Part shown: positions 51,760 through 60,285 of the stretch, piece after piece
Layout of the letters: every line of letters begins with the position of its first letter
How positions within the stretch are numbered: position 1 is the stretch's first letter
NCBI GenBank assembly: GCA_051546255.1
Contig: CP128820.1
Coordinates: forward strand, 372,001 to 436,000
Direction of reading: 5' to 3'
Source of the DNA: Meyerozyma guilliermondii
Lineage: Eukaryota
Length of the DNA: 64,000 nucleotides
Position numbers and translations under genes: made by a program
The notes under the pieces: generated by a model
The model's input: the letters and a program-made list of their open reading frames with translations, nothing else
Database searches by the model: none
Told to the model about the DNA's origin: nothing

Positions 51760-53520
51760 CTAAAAATACTCTTGTAACTCCGTCGCAGATGCGAACCATG
51801 CCTGACGAAATTTGTTCAAATGGGCCAAGTATGTATCAACAACAGTGGCATATACCTGGTACTCTTTCAATAGTTTGATCGCTTTGACTGCAAAGGTAGT
51901 GGACACCTTCTTTATTCTTGGACTTGGTGAAGTCATGTTGTAAAGGCAAATGAAACAGCTCAAGAAAATGGAATAAATGAACTTGTAGAGAAACAAAGTT
52001 TCGCTTAATTCATATTCACTACAAAGCTTGATTATCTCTTGAGCCCAACGGAAGCAGCTTAAGGCGATCATTTGAGGATCAGAATTATGGCCGCCCTGGG
52101 TGTGATCTCCTATCACAGGCTCCTTCATTAAGGTCTTGTTAAACAATATGCTGGTAGTTAGGATGGAAACTTGCAATTGCATTGCATTGATTGATTTGTT
52201 GTTGATGAACCGTGCCTCTGAACTCATGTCTTTCTTCCACCTGTTAATTGATACCGATGCTTCTGAAACGGCTATCTTTTGCTGTAATGTCAATGTCTCG
52301 ATAGGTTTGTCTACAATACCGAACGAATTAGCAGCCGAAAAACATCTCTCGGACAATGCAACCTCCAAATTGTGAAAGAGGAGTGATTCTTTAAAGGTTT
52401 CATACTCATTGAATCCAATAACATTTGCTGCAGCCTCAGGCAAAGATATTGAAATATCTGTGCAATTCATATACGGATGCATCCCCACTATAATGCATCT
52501 AATCCTATCAACCAAAAAGCAGGACCAAAAAACATTATCTCTCAACCTTGCTTCCTCGGGAGATAATTTACCTCTCGCAACAAGTTTTTCAGCTGTAACG
52601 TGTAGGCCCAAATGATATGACGCAGCCGTTGCTCTTGCAATGAATTGGGAGCTCTGAAATTCATTGCCATCGAGCATCGATATCTGGGACAATAATACTA
52701 ATGTCTGGATCGTACTTAAATTGGGGTTGGTTTCCGCCAAGTTCTCCAACTGTCTCACAGCCAAGATTTTGAAGTCAGCAGCTTCTTGCTTTTTACCTTG
52801 GTAAAGAAAGTAGAACGTCATGATAGTGTTTATCAACGCCATTGGACTATACTCACCAAGCTCATCTCCATCTATTGCTTCATTTAGAGAACTCATGAAT
52901 AAATGCTCATCAACTAGAGGCAAGCTATTATTGATGCACTTAAAGAACCAAGCGAAGACTTCTTGATGAAATTCATCAAAAAGTGGAACTGCAACGGTGA
53001 CGGGAAAAGTCTTTACTTGTTGATTGTTGGAGATAGATACAAACCTTAAACTTGATGGTCCGCGACAGGAAACTTCTCCATCATCAGATATATTTAATTG
53101 CCATCTGGGAAGCCCCAACCCTATTTCATTTGCAGTCATGGAAGTCGATGGTGGAAAATTACCATTCGTTCGGCCTTTTGAATAATCGTCTTCATTTGCT
53201 TCGAAGAATTGGAGTATGGACAAATCGTGAGGAACAGAAGCGCTGATTTGATTCAAAGAATTGATCTGAGACTCAGCTTTCAATTCATCTGCAGTAGGAT
53301 AGTTTGCTTCGAGGAGTTTGTGGTGCTTTAAGGAGGACTCTAAGACATTTATACGATCGAGTAAGGTGTCGATATATTTGCGAGTTGCTGGCCGTCTATG
53401 GTCTTTCTCAGGATAGTTGCATTGACGCTGCTTCGAAGCACATAAAGTACAAGTGGGAAGTTTGCGGTCGCACCTTCTTTTGTTCGATTTACAATGTATG
53501 CAAGCTATCTTGCTAAACAT
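51760..53520 (-). CDS. Zn2Cys6 transcription factor with fungal middle homology region (NirA/Cha4/Tea1-like)
   Basis: ACIHCKSNKRRCDRKLPTCTLC......C; D.RRP..RKY...L..RI..LES linker; GPSS; LGLH...R..VFWSCFLVDR. ATG at 53520 (alternative 53604). Confidence 0.88.
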   Translation of the reverse strand: MFSKIACIHCKSNKRRCDRKLPTCTLCASKQRQCNYPEKDHRRPATRKYIDTLLDRINVLESSLKHHKLLEANYPTADELKAESQINSLNQISASVPHDLSILQFFEANEDDYSKGRTNGNFPPSTSMTANEIGLGLPRWQLNISDDGEVSCRGPSSLRFVSISNNQQVKTFPVTVAVPLFDEFHQEVFAWFFKCINNSLPLVDEHLFMSSLNEAIDGDELGEYSPMALINTIMTFYFLYQGKKQEAADFKILAVRQLENLAETNPNLSTIQTLVLLSQISMLDGNEFQSSQFIARATAASYHLGLHVTAEKLVARGKLSPEEARLRDNVFWSCFLVDRIRCIIVGMHPYMNCTDISISLPEAAANVIGFNEYETFKESLLFHNLEVALSERCFSAANSFGIVDKPIETLTLQQKIAVSEASVSINRWKKDMSSEARFINNKSINAMQLQVSILTTSILFNKTLMKEPVIGDHTQGGHNSDPQMIALSCFRWAQEIIKLCSEYELSETLFLYKFIYSIFLSCFICLYNMTSPSPRIKKVSTTFAVKAIKLLKEYQVYATVVDTYLAHLNKFRQAWFASATELQEYF

Positions 53521-53881
53521 TCTATACGAATAGCAAATTCTTCGGTGCTTACATATCGGAGAGATACGAGACTCCCCGACATTACAATAGAGCTCGACCT
53601 GCATGTCACTTACAGCGATAAGAGATAAGAGTTTCACGTGGTTCGGCTATGTTTGATAGCTGTTCAATACTACAACTAGTACATTTTAAGTGTGTAGAAA
53701 CAATACATAGTTAGTGAAAATCGAAACTAAATAGGTCACAACTCCACAGTTATGAAGTTGAAGTATGAACGCATTTTCTATTAGTGCCGCAGGCTGGCGA
53801 CGTACCAAATGAACTGCTAAGACATCCGAACTGAAAATCGGGTTCATTTTTCCACCTGGGAAATCAAATTGTTAGCATGAA

Positions 53882-55360
53882 CTAAACTGAAGTTTGGGAA
53901 TTCTCAAATGAGTTTACCCGTACTATCCCTTTCAGTTTTTCATTCTCTTTGTATGCATGAGATTCGACACTCTTGTGGTCAATTGAATCGGCATTAACAT
54001 CACCAAAGAGCTCTCCGATCTCTTCCAAGGTGAGGTTCTTGGTTTCCGGAACAAAAATCCAAAGTAGAAAGAAGTTGACAAAACTCATACAAATAAAAAC
54101 CAAGTAAAACTTCCAACCAATGTTTTGCATTGCTGTAGTAACACCGGTAGTAAATGCCAATATGCCGATGAACAAGCCCGTGGTACAAAGTGCTGAACCT
54201 TTCGATCTGATGTGTGTGGGCCAAATTTCATTGACATAAACATACGTCGTAGCATCAGTTGTTCCTCCATAGAATAGAATATGCAAATACATGAAAAATA
54301 CTGCTGCGGAGTTGCCGCCTTTGTTATTGGTGCCAGCGTATAGGGCACACATGATTGTCTCGAGAGTCATTGATAATACGCCCGCACCGAGGAAGCCTAT
54401 CATCATCAAGGCTTTTCTACCGAGTACGTCAGCTAAGATGCCGGAAATAAAGTTCCAGAGGATACCACTTGTAATTTGCCCGGTTCCAATGTATAATTGC
54501 TGCAAATTATCAAATCCAAGATTTCCATAGATCGTGGGGCCGTAATTTGTAATTGCAACAGTTCCAGTTCCCTGTCCCCCAATCATAACAAGTAACCCAA
54601 TTAATAGGCGCTTTCTATAGGATTTCATAGTAATCACCGACTTCCACGATGCGCTCTTGCTTTCGTTGGAAATTTGCGACACAAGTAGTTCAAATTCATC
54701 ATCAGTAAGCAGAGGTTCAAGAACAGTAAACACAGACCTAGCCTTACCAATTAGATCGTGTTCTACCAACCACCTAGGAGACTCCGGTAAAAAGCACATG
54801 GAAATGGCCAAACACAATGGCCACAAAATTTGGAATGCAAAAGCAACTCTCCAGTTGCTTTTAATGCTTGCAAAGTACAATCCAATGTTGATCCATCCTG
54901 CTAATGAATACCCAAGCAATATCATGACTCCATGCATACTCACTAAAAGCCCTCGACCTTCAGCTGGAGCAACTTCTGTTTGGTAAAGAGGAATTAACAT
55001 CACCAACATTCCCACAGATATTCCCATTACAATCCTGGCAACGTAAAGCATGCTCAATGCAACGGAAGCTGTCATTAATATCCCACCAAGCATCGCTATT
55101 CCGCAACCTGTGAATATGGCTGGCTTACGACCAAACTTTTCTGAGACAAAACCACCAAAAAGCACCCCGATGATCCCACTACCTGAAAATAAGCCGTTAA
55201 AAGCATCAGCTATATTAGTGCTTCTTCCATAATCAAAATACTTGAGAAAGTTTGGCTGAGCTACAATTGCGGCTGCAATTCCGGAAGCGTAGCCGTAAGT
55301 AATACTTCCAAATGATGCTGCCAAGATCACCTTAAGAGTATAACTAGATATTCTTGTCAT
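53882..55360 (-). CDS. Sugar-porter-family MFS transporter
   Basis: SEKFGRK, PLYQTEVAP..GRG, PESPRWL, DVLGRK, EIWPTHIRSKG, VPETKNLTLEEI. Confidence 0.93.
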   Translation of the reverse strand: MTRISSYTLKVILAASFGSITYGYASGIAAAIVAQPNFLKYFDYGRSTNIADAFNGLFSGSGIIGVLFGGFVSEKFGRKPAIFTGCGIAMLGGILMTASVALSMLYVARIVMGISVGMLVMLIPLYQTEVAPAEGRGLLVSMHGVMILLGYSLAGWINIGLYFASIKSNWRVAFAFQILWPLCLAISMCFLPESPRWLVEHDLIGKARSVFTVLEPLLTDDEFELLVSQISNESKSASWKSVITMKSYRKRLLIGLLVMIGGQGTGTVAITNYGPTIYGNLGFDNLQQLYIGTGQITSGILWNFISGILADVLGRKALMMIGFLGAGVLSMTLETIMCALYAGTNNKGGNSAAVFFMYLHILFYGGTTDATTYVYVNEIWPTHIRSKGSALCTTGLFIGILAFTTGVTTAMQNIGWKFYLVFICMSFVNFFLLWIFVPETKNLTLEEIGELFGDVNADSIDHKSVESHAYKENEKLKGIVRVNSFENSQTSV

Positions 55361-55445
55361 GGAGTACAGACTATGACATGCTCTCAGTAATTTTCAGTTT
55401 TATAGCTACTGAATTCACATTCATTATCTTATCGGCTCGCTTGAC

Positions 55446-55513
55446 TGCGTCAAGTAATGTCCGCTTTACCTAAACCAGCGACAGAGTGCAGGATGCGGGA
55501 GGTAATGTCCGCA
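55446..55513. promoter_or_regulatory. Two CG(G/T)-N10-CCG zinc-cluster sites in the transporter/pseudo-nitrilase divergent promoter
   Basis: TGCGT-CAAGTAATGT-CCGC (55446-64) and TGCGG-GAGGTAATGT-CCGCA (55494-513). Confidence 0.7.
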
Positions 55514-55669
55514 ACATCAATTATATGCTCTTCACTATGGGAATTTTACTCGGCATGCATTGTGCGCAAGGGATTCAATATCTTGAAGATCGGTTCCTTT
55601 TGGCTTAGTTTTTTAGTTGTTTCCTACTGCTATTTCTAAGTTTCCCTGAAAGACGCAAATTATTGCAAA

Positions 55670-56449
55670 ATGTCGCCAAGAATTAAAGTAGCTCAAGTTG
55701 CTCAAACCTTCACCTTTGAAAACGCCGATCATGTATTGGAGGTAATCAAAATCTTCTTAAGAAATGCACTGGATTGTAATGTTGAACTAATATCGTTTCC
55801 AAAGTTGTTTTTGAGAAGCCAAAAATCACCAATCTTCGATGCGATATTCGCAGCCATTGGGAATATTGCCAAAAAATATAAAGTCAATTGTGTGTTTGGG
55901 TACTCAGAACAAGAAAACGGTGGCGATACGTTTAGTTGTCAGTGTATTATAAGTGCACATGGCGAAAAGTTCTTAAGGCGTAGAAAATTGTGCAATAGGC
56001 AAGACCTAGCTGAATTTAGGAGTACGTCAATTACCGCAGAAGATATCGAAAACATGGCCGTTAAGCTACCCTTTTCAGTGGGAATAGTTGAAGTCGGCTG
56101 CCTTTTAGGTTATGAATTCCTAAATCCACTTCTTGTACATTGTATTGCAGCCAAGAACGTTAAAATAGTCTTGAGTAGTTTTGATGATGGTACCAAGACT
56201 CCAGTGATTAATGACATTATGGCCGGAACTTCTCAACAAATTGGAAGCTATGTATTTATGAGCACATCGAAAGAGGATCATTTAAAGGCTTGGTCGCCTC
56301 ACGGCACACCACTCTTTGCAGAATCGACAACGAATTATTTGTCAATTTACAACATCGATTTCGAAGCAATAGCTTTCCAGAAGAATTTGATCGACATAGT
56401 CGGCAGAGATTCCAGACCAAGCTTGCTATCTGTAAAGCTTGACTATTAA
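55670..56449 (+). CDS. Nitrilase-fold protein lacking the catalytic Glu and Cys (pseudoenzyme)
   Basis: Colinear with the neighbouring nitrilase, but FPE becomes FPK (K45) and SCWE becomes LGYE (G147). ORF is intact. Confidence 0.85.
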   Translation: MSPRIKVAQVAQTFTFENADHVLEVIKIFLRNALDCNVELISFPKLFLRSQKSPIFDAIFAAIGNIAKKYKVNCVFGYSEQENGGDTFSCQCIISAHGEKFLRRRKLCNRQDLAEFRSTSITAEDIENMAVKLPFSVGIVEVGCLLGYEFLNPLLVHCIAAKNVKIVLSSFDDGTKTPVINDIMAGTSQQIGSYVFMSTSKEDHLKAWSPHGTPLFAESTTNYLSIYNIDFEAIAFQKNLIDIVGRDSRPSLLSVKLDY

Positions 56450-56651
56450 AAATTAGCTTAAGATTAATAGTATACCATGTGTAAGCATAGACAGTAATGG
56501 AAGCACCTGTATCCGGATTCTGAAAAGTTCGCAACCAATTCAAACATGCACGTAGTAGATAGTCGCTTAGTTGATTTTCTGACAAATCATAGAGTGTGAT
56601 ATTGCTAGCACATGCCATGAATGATTGGAATTCCTAAAATGCCAACAAATG

Positions 56652-56759
56652 TGCGGACTTTGCCTAGCGACCACTCAAATTTTCGTTTGCGGAAAGTAAT
56701 GCCCGCATATTTTGTACACCCGATCGAGACCACGGAGCTGGCATTGTCGAATATATAAA
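56652..56759. promoter_or_regulatory. Nitrilase promoter: TGCGG-AAAGTAATGC-CCGCA (56688-707), a reverse variant (56652-70) and TATATAAA (56752-59)
   Basis: Same motif and spacer as the sites at 55446-55513. Confidence 0.7.
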
Positions 56760-56833
56760 GGGGAATAGAATGGCTTGAGAAGACAACAATTTTCAATCTC
56801 AACAAAGAATCTCCAAACAACCAGAATTTTTCA

Positions 56834-57787
56834 ATGGGCGCAAAAGTGAAAGTTGCAGTTGTTCAAGCGGAACCAGTTTGGTTCAATTTGCAAGAAACCG
56901 TGAAGCGGGTTAACGAATTGATTGAACTGGCATACAATAAGGGAGCTGAATTGATCGCATTCCCTGAGGTGTTTGTACCAGGCTATCCGACGTGGATCTG
57001 GACCAATGCTGCTGATTTGGATAGAAATCTTATGTACACCAAGAACTCGTTGACATATGATTCACCAGAATTCATCTCAATTATTGAAACGGTCAAAAAG
57101 TACCCTATTCATGTTGTTTTGGGCTTCTCAGAGAAAGACCAGGGGTCACTTTACATTTCCCAGTGTATCATCGATAACACGGGAGAGATTGTGTTGAAAA
57201 GGAGAAAATTCAAGCCAACTCACGTCGAGCGTGTTATTTGGGGTGATACTGCTGACAGCAATATGAAGTCAGTTGTGACCTTGAATTTCAAAGAAGCTGG
57301 GCCAGTAGAAGTTGGTTGCTTGTCGTGCTGGGAGCACATGCAGCCCTTGTTATATTACAACAGCGCTGCGCAGCACGAAAAAATCCACATTGGGAGTTGG
57401 CCGGCTCTCAATGACAAAGACCTTGGGGTCTATTGTTTTACCAAAGCTGGCTTCCACGGTTTGGCTAGAGCCTATGCAAACCAGGTACAATCCTTCTATT
57501 TGTTCACATCGATATTAGGCCAGAGGATTCAAGAGGCATTGCCCGACGTTAAACTCAGTCCTTACTTCGAAAAGGGAGCCGGATGTGGAGCAGTTTTCGC
57601 GCCAGATGGTTCTCAAATCACAGAGGACCACCCTGATGATTTTGACGGAGTCATCATCAGCGAGCTTGACATGGATAAGATTCTTCTCCAGAAGAACTTG
57701 GTAGACATTGTGGGGCACTACGCGAGACCAGACATGGTATCGTTGTCGCACAATCGTCCTAACACGGAGTTTGTCAATAGAAAGTAG
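56834..57787 (+). CDS. Nitrilase (branch 1) with an intact Glu-Lys-Cys triad
   Basis: FPE45VFVPGYP, RRK125FKPTHVER, LSC165WEH, DIVGHYARPD. Confidence 0.95.
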   Translation: MGAKVKVAVVQAEPVWFNLQETVKRVNELIELAYNKGAELIAFPEVFVPGYPTWIWTNAADLDRNLMYTKNSLTYDSPEFISIIETVKKYPIHVVLGFSEKDQGSLYISQCIIDNTGEIVLKRRKFKPTHVERVIWGDTADSNMKSVVTLNFKEAGPVEVGCLSCWEHMQPLLYYNSAAQHEKIHIGSWPALNDKDLGVYCFTKAGFHGLARAYANQVQSFYLFTSILGQRIQEALPDVKLSPYFEKGAGCGAVFAPDGSQITEDHPDDFDGVIISELDMDKILLQKNLVDIVGHYARPDMVSLSHNRPNTEFVNRK

Positions 57788-58009
57788 AGCGCTGCAATGG
57801 ACGCGCCTGTAACAATTTGCCTTGGAATCTTGGAAGCAAATCATTCCAAATGGTATTCTTAGTTTAAAGGTAGCCGCAGCTATAGTTCAATTTGACATTC
57901 TAGGGAATCACATTGCTATTCGACACCAAGTGAGCAGTCCGAAATTGTTTCATAAGAACTATCGCTTTTACGGTAATATACCAAAACTTTTCTATCGAAA
58001 GAAAAATTA

Positions 58010-58375
58010 TGTTGCAAAAATTGCGGAGAACCAAAATAAATGAGATAAGCGCAAAAAAGCGGAGACGTGGTGTCCGGGCGCACTAGATCGTGAAAGAAAA
58101 TCAATACAAAAGCAAAAAAGAATGCTGGGAAGGACGTCAAAAACTCATAGGCTCAAATAACAAAGCATTAATTCAAACGGAACCTCTCTCAGTTCCATTT
58201 TTGCACTCGATTCGATCGCTTCTTTTGGCGCACCCGTACACCTGCGTTTTGCAGCCATGGCTGCAAAATTCATCGCTATTTAAGTCGCCACTTTCCCGCA
58301 ATTTTTTGTTGCTCACCTGCTGTGTACTAGTAATTATGAGCTCGCCCAAACCCTTAGTTTCTTCCGTCTCCGTGT
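58010..58375 (+). repeat. Right copy of the direct repeat (RIM4 promoter and 5' CDS)
   Basis: Colinear with 49090-49449. Confidence 0.8.
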
Positions 58376-59865
58376 TGTCGGCTAGTAATGCTGCCAACAA
58401 ACTAAAACCAAGATCTAAACCTAAACCTTTAGCTGGAGATCCACCAACTTCAACGACAGAAAAGGAAAATCAAGATCCCCAATCGAGCGAAGATTCCGAG
58501 AGAGGGCGTCCTTCAGCTTGTGTGTTTGTGGCTAGCCTTTGTTCTACCACCGCTGATGACGACTTGTGTGTTTCAGTAACAAACTTGTTTGAAAAATGGG
58601 GCAAGATCACCAGGGTTAAAGTGCTTCGCGACACAAGAAACCGCCCCTATGCTTTCGTTCAGTATACAAACGACAAGGATGCCGCCGCTGCCATCAAGGA
58701 AGCTCAGGGTGCCTTCCTTGACTCCAGAAAGATTCGTTGTGAACCAGCAAAGGTTAATCGTACCTTGTTTCTTCTGCTGCCTAGACCAATTGCAAACGAC
58801 GATATCACCAAATCTCTCGGAGAATTTGGTCCTATCGAACGGCTTGTTTCTAGCATGTACTTCACCAACCCAGAAAAATCTCCATCCCCCTTCTCCAAAG
58901 GATGGTACTGTCAATTTGTTTACCGTGATGATGCCATCACCGCATTTGCATCGCTCAGTGAAAGCGATAAATATTCTATTGAATGGGCCCAAAATATCGA
59001 CACCCTCAAGGCGGCCCAGTTAGGTGACTCAATCAAGCCCAAGTTCGATAGATGTGCGATCTTTATTGGCCAGTTGTCGTCCGACACCACGGAGAAAGAA
59101 TTGCGTGAACGGTTTAAACCTCACGGCGAAATTGAATCTCTATCCATCATCAATAATCGTGATTTCAACACGTTTGCGTTCTTACGTTACACCACCGAAA
59201 GGAGTGCAGCCAAGGCAGTTGAGGCGGAAAACCATTCATTGTTCAAGAGAAGAACCATGCATGTTCAGTTCAGAGAGTTTGGTTCGACGAAAAAGTTCAA
59301 CTATTCCGCGAATGGAGTAGCATTGGCACCGCCTCCGATTCGGTTTGGACGCAAACTTGCAACTGTTAGAGAAAGGACCCCTGCTAACCATCTGCAGAGG
59401 GACGGCGGTCGAAACTTTGAAAGAGGGCAAGGAGACGGTCGTGGCCCTGAAAGAGTTAACGAACATCGTCGTCTTGATAGAAGGAGTGATGGTGGGCATA
59501 GAGCTAATGAAAGCAGGTATGAGGGCAGGTATGAGGGAAGAAGTGAGGCTGATCGCAATCCTGGCAGAGGGCATGAAAATCAACGGTGGAATAGGGCTCC
59601 TAGAGAATACGGGTCTTATGCCCCCCCATATTCATCCGAGCCATATGCACAAGTTACGCCAAACAAGTACGGTCCATTATCGCCAGAAGCGCAACGGTTC
59701 AACAGGAGACTCAATGGCTCGTATCCCAACGACATGGATTCGCGCAACCCTGCTCCTACCACTCCGTTCTACTACTACGTTCCTGACACCCTGTACTACG
59801 GAGGATATCCATATTATCTGCCAGGAATGTATTCACAAGATGAGCAGAAAGGAAAAGAGGTCTAG
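58336..59865 (+). CDS. RIM4: Meiotic RNA-binding protein Rim4 (RRM domains)
   Basis: GRPSACVFVASL...VKVLRD..NRPYAFVQY...IRCEPAKVNRTLF; IFIGQL RRM. ATG at 58336. Confidence 0.88.
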   Translation: MSSPKPLVSSVSVLSASNAANKLKPRSKPKPLAGDPPTSTTEKENQDPQSSEDSERGRPSACVFVASLCSTTADDDLCVSVTNLFEKWGKITRVKVLRDTRNRPYAFVQYTNDKDAAAAIKEAQGAFLDSRKIRCEPAKVNRTLFLLLPRPIANDDITKSLGEFGPIERLVSSMYFTNPEKSPSPFSKGWYCQFVYRDDAITAFASLSESDKYSIEWAQNIDTLKAAQLGDSIKPKFDRCAIFIGQLSSDTTEKELRERFKPHGEIESLSIINNRDFNTFAFLRYTTERSAAKAVEAENHSLFKRRTMHVQFREFGSTKKFNYSANGVALAPPPIRFGRKLATVRERTPANHLQRDGGRNFERGQGDGRGPERVNEHRRLDRRSDGGHRANESRYEGRYEGRSEADRNPGRGHENQRWNRAPREYGSYAPPYSSEPYAQVTPNKYGPLSPEAQRFNRRLNGSYPNDMDSRNPAPTTPFYYYVPDTLYYGGYPYYLPGMYSQDEQKGKEV

Positions 59866-60285
59866 AGCTTATATACTGGAGATCATCCTGATGCTAATGC
59901 ATTGCGAGGCCAAAAGTGCAGTATTTTCACAATAAATTTGCTTACGTGCTACTCAGGAAGTTCCAATTTCGAGGATTTGGTGGAATTTTGTCGTTATCGA
60001 TTACGGTACTCTTTGCGACTGCGTTCTACCATAGTGTGACGAAACCTCGATTTAAGTCGCTCAACATAATCGGTTTGTTACTCTACTCCAAAAGGGTGTT
60101 ACCGATCTGAAAATCGAATACTTATGCTTGTACTTGGTGACCATGGTTCATTGTGAGCCTCGAGGTGTCGATCCATCTCCACGCTAATACTGAGGTCCCC
60201 ACATTACATAAGCCAAATCAAGGTTTCAATTGCAACAATTTAACTAACGAACTTGGACCAATGCCAAGTGAAAGTATACGCGGTG

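Noticed and set aside
49450..57800. Transposon or LTR element explanation for the island
   Set aside because: No transposase, integrase or reverse transcriptase, no terminal inverted repeats, and the flanking repeat is host RIM4 sequence rather than a TG...CA LTR.
58090..58335. GTG/TTG-initiated extensions in the ORF track (also at 10514, 14549, 38495, 48683, 53637, 60253)
   Set aside because: Artefacts of bacterial-style start calling; recognisable protein begins at or after the downstream ATGs.
59345..59935. 196-aa alternative-frame ORF in the RIM4 3' half
   Set aside because: No ATG at the called start and no domain; a by-product of low-complexity coding sequence.
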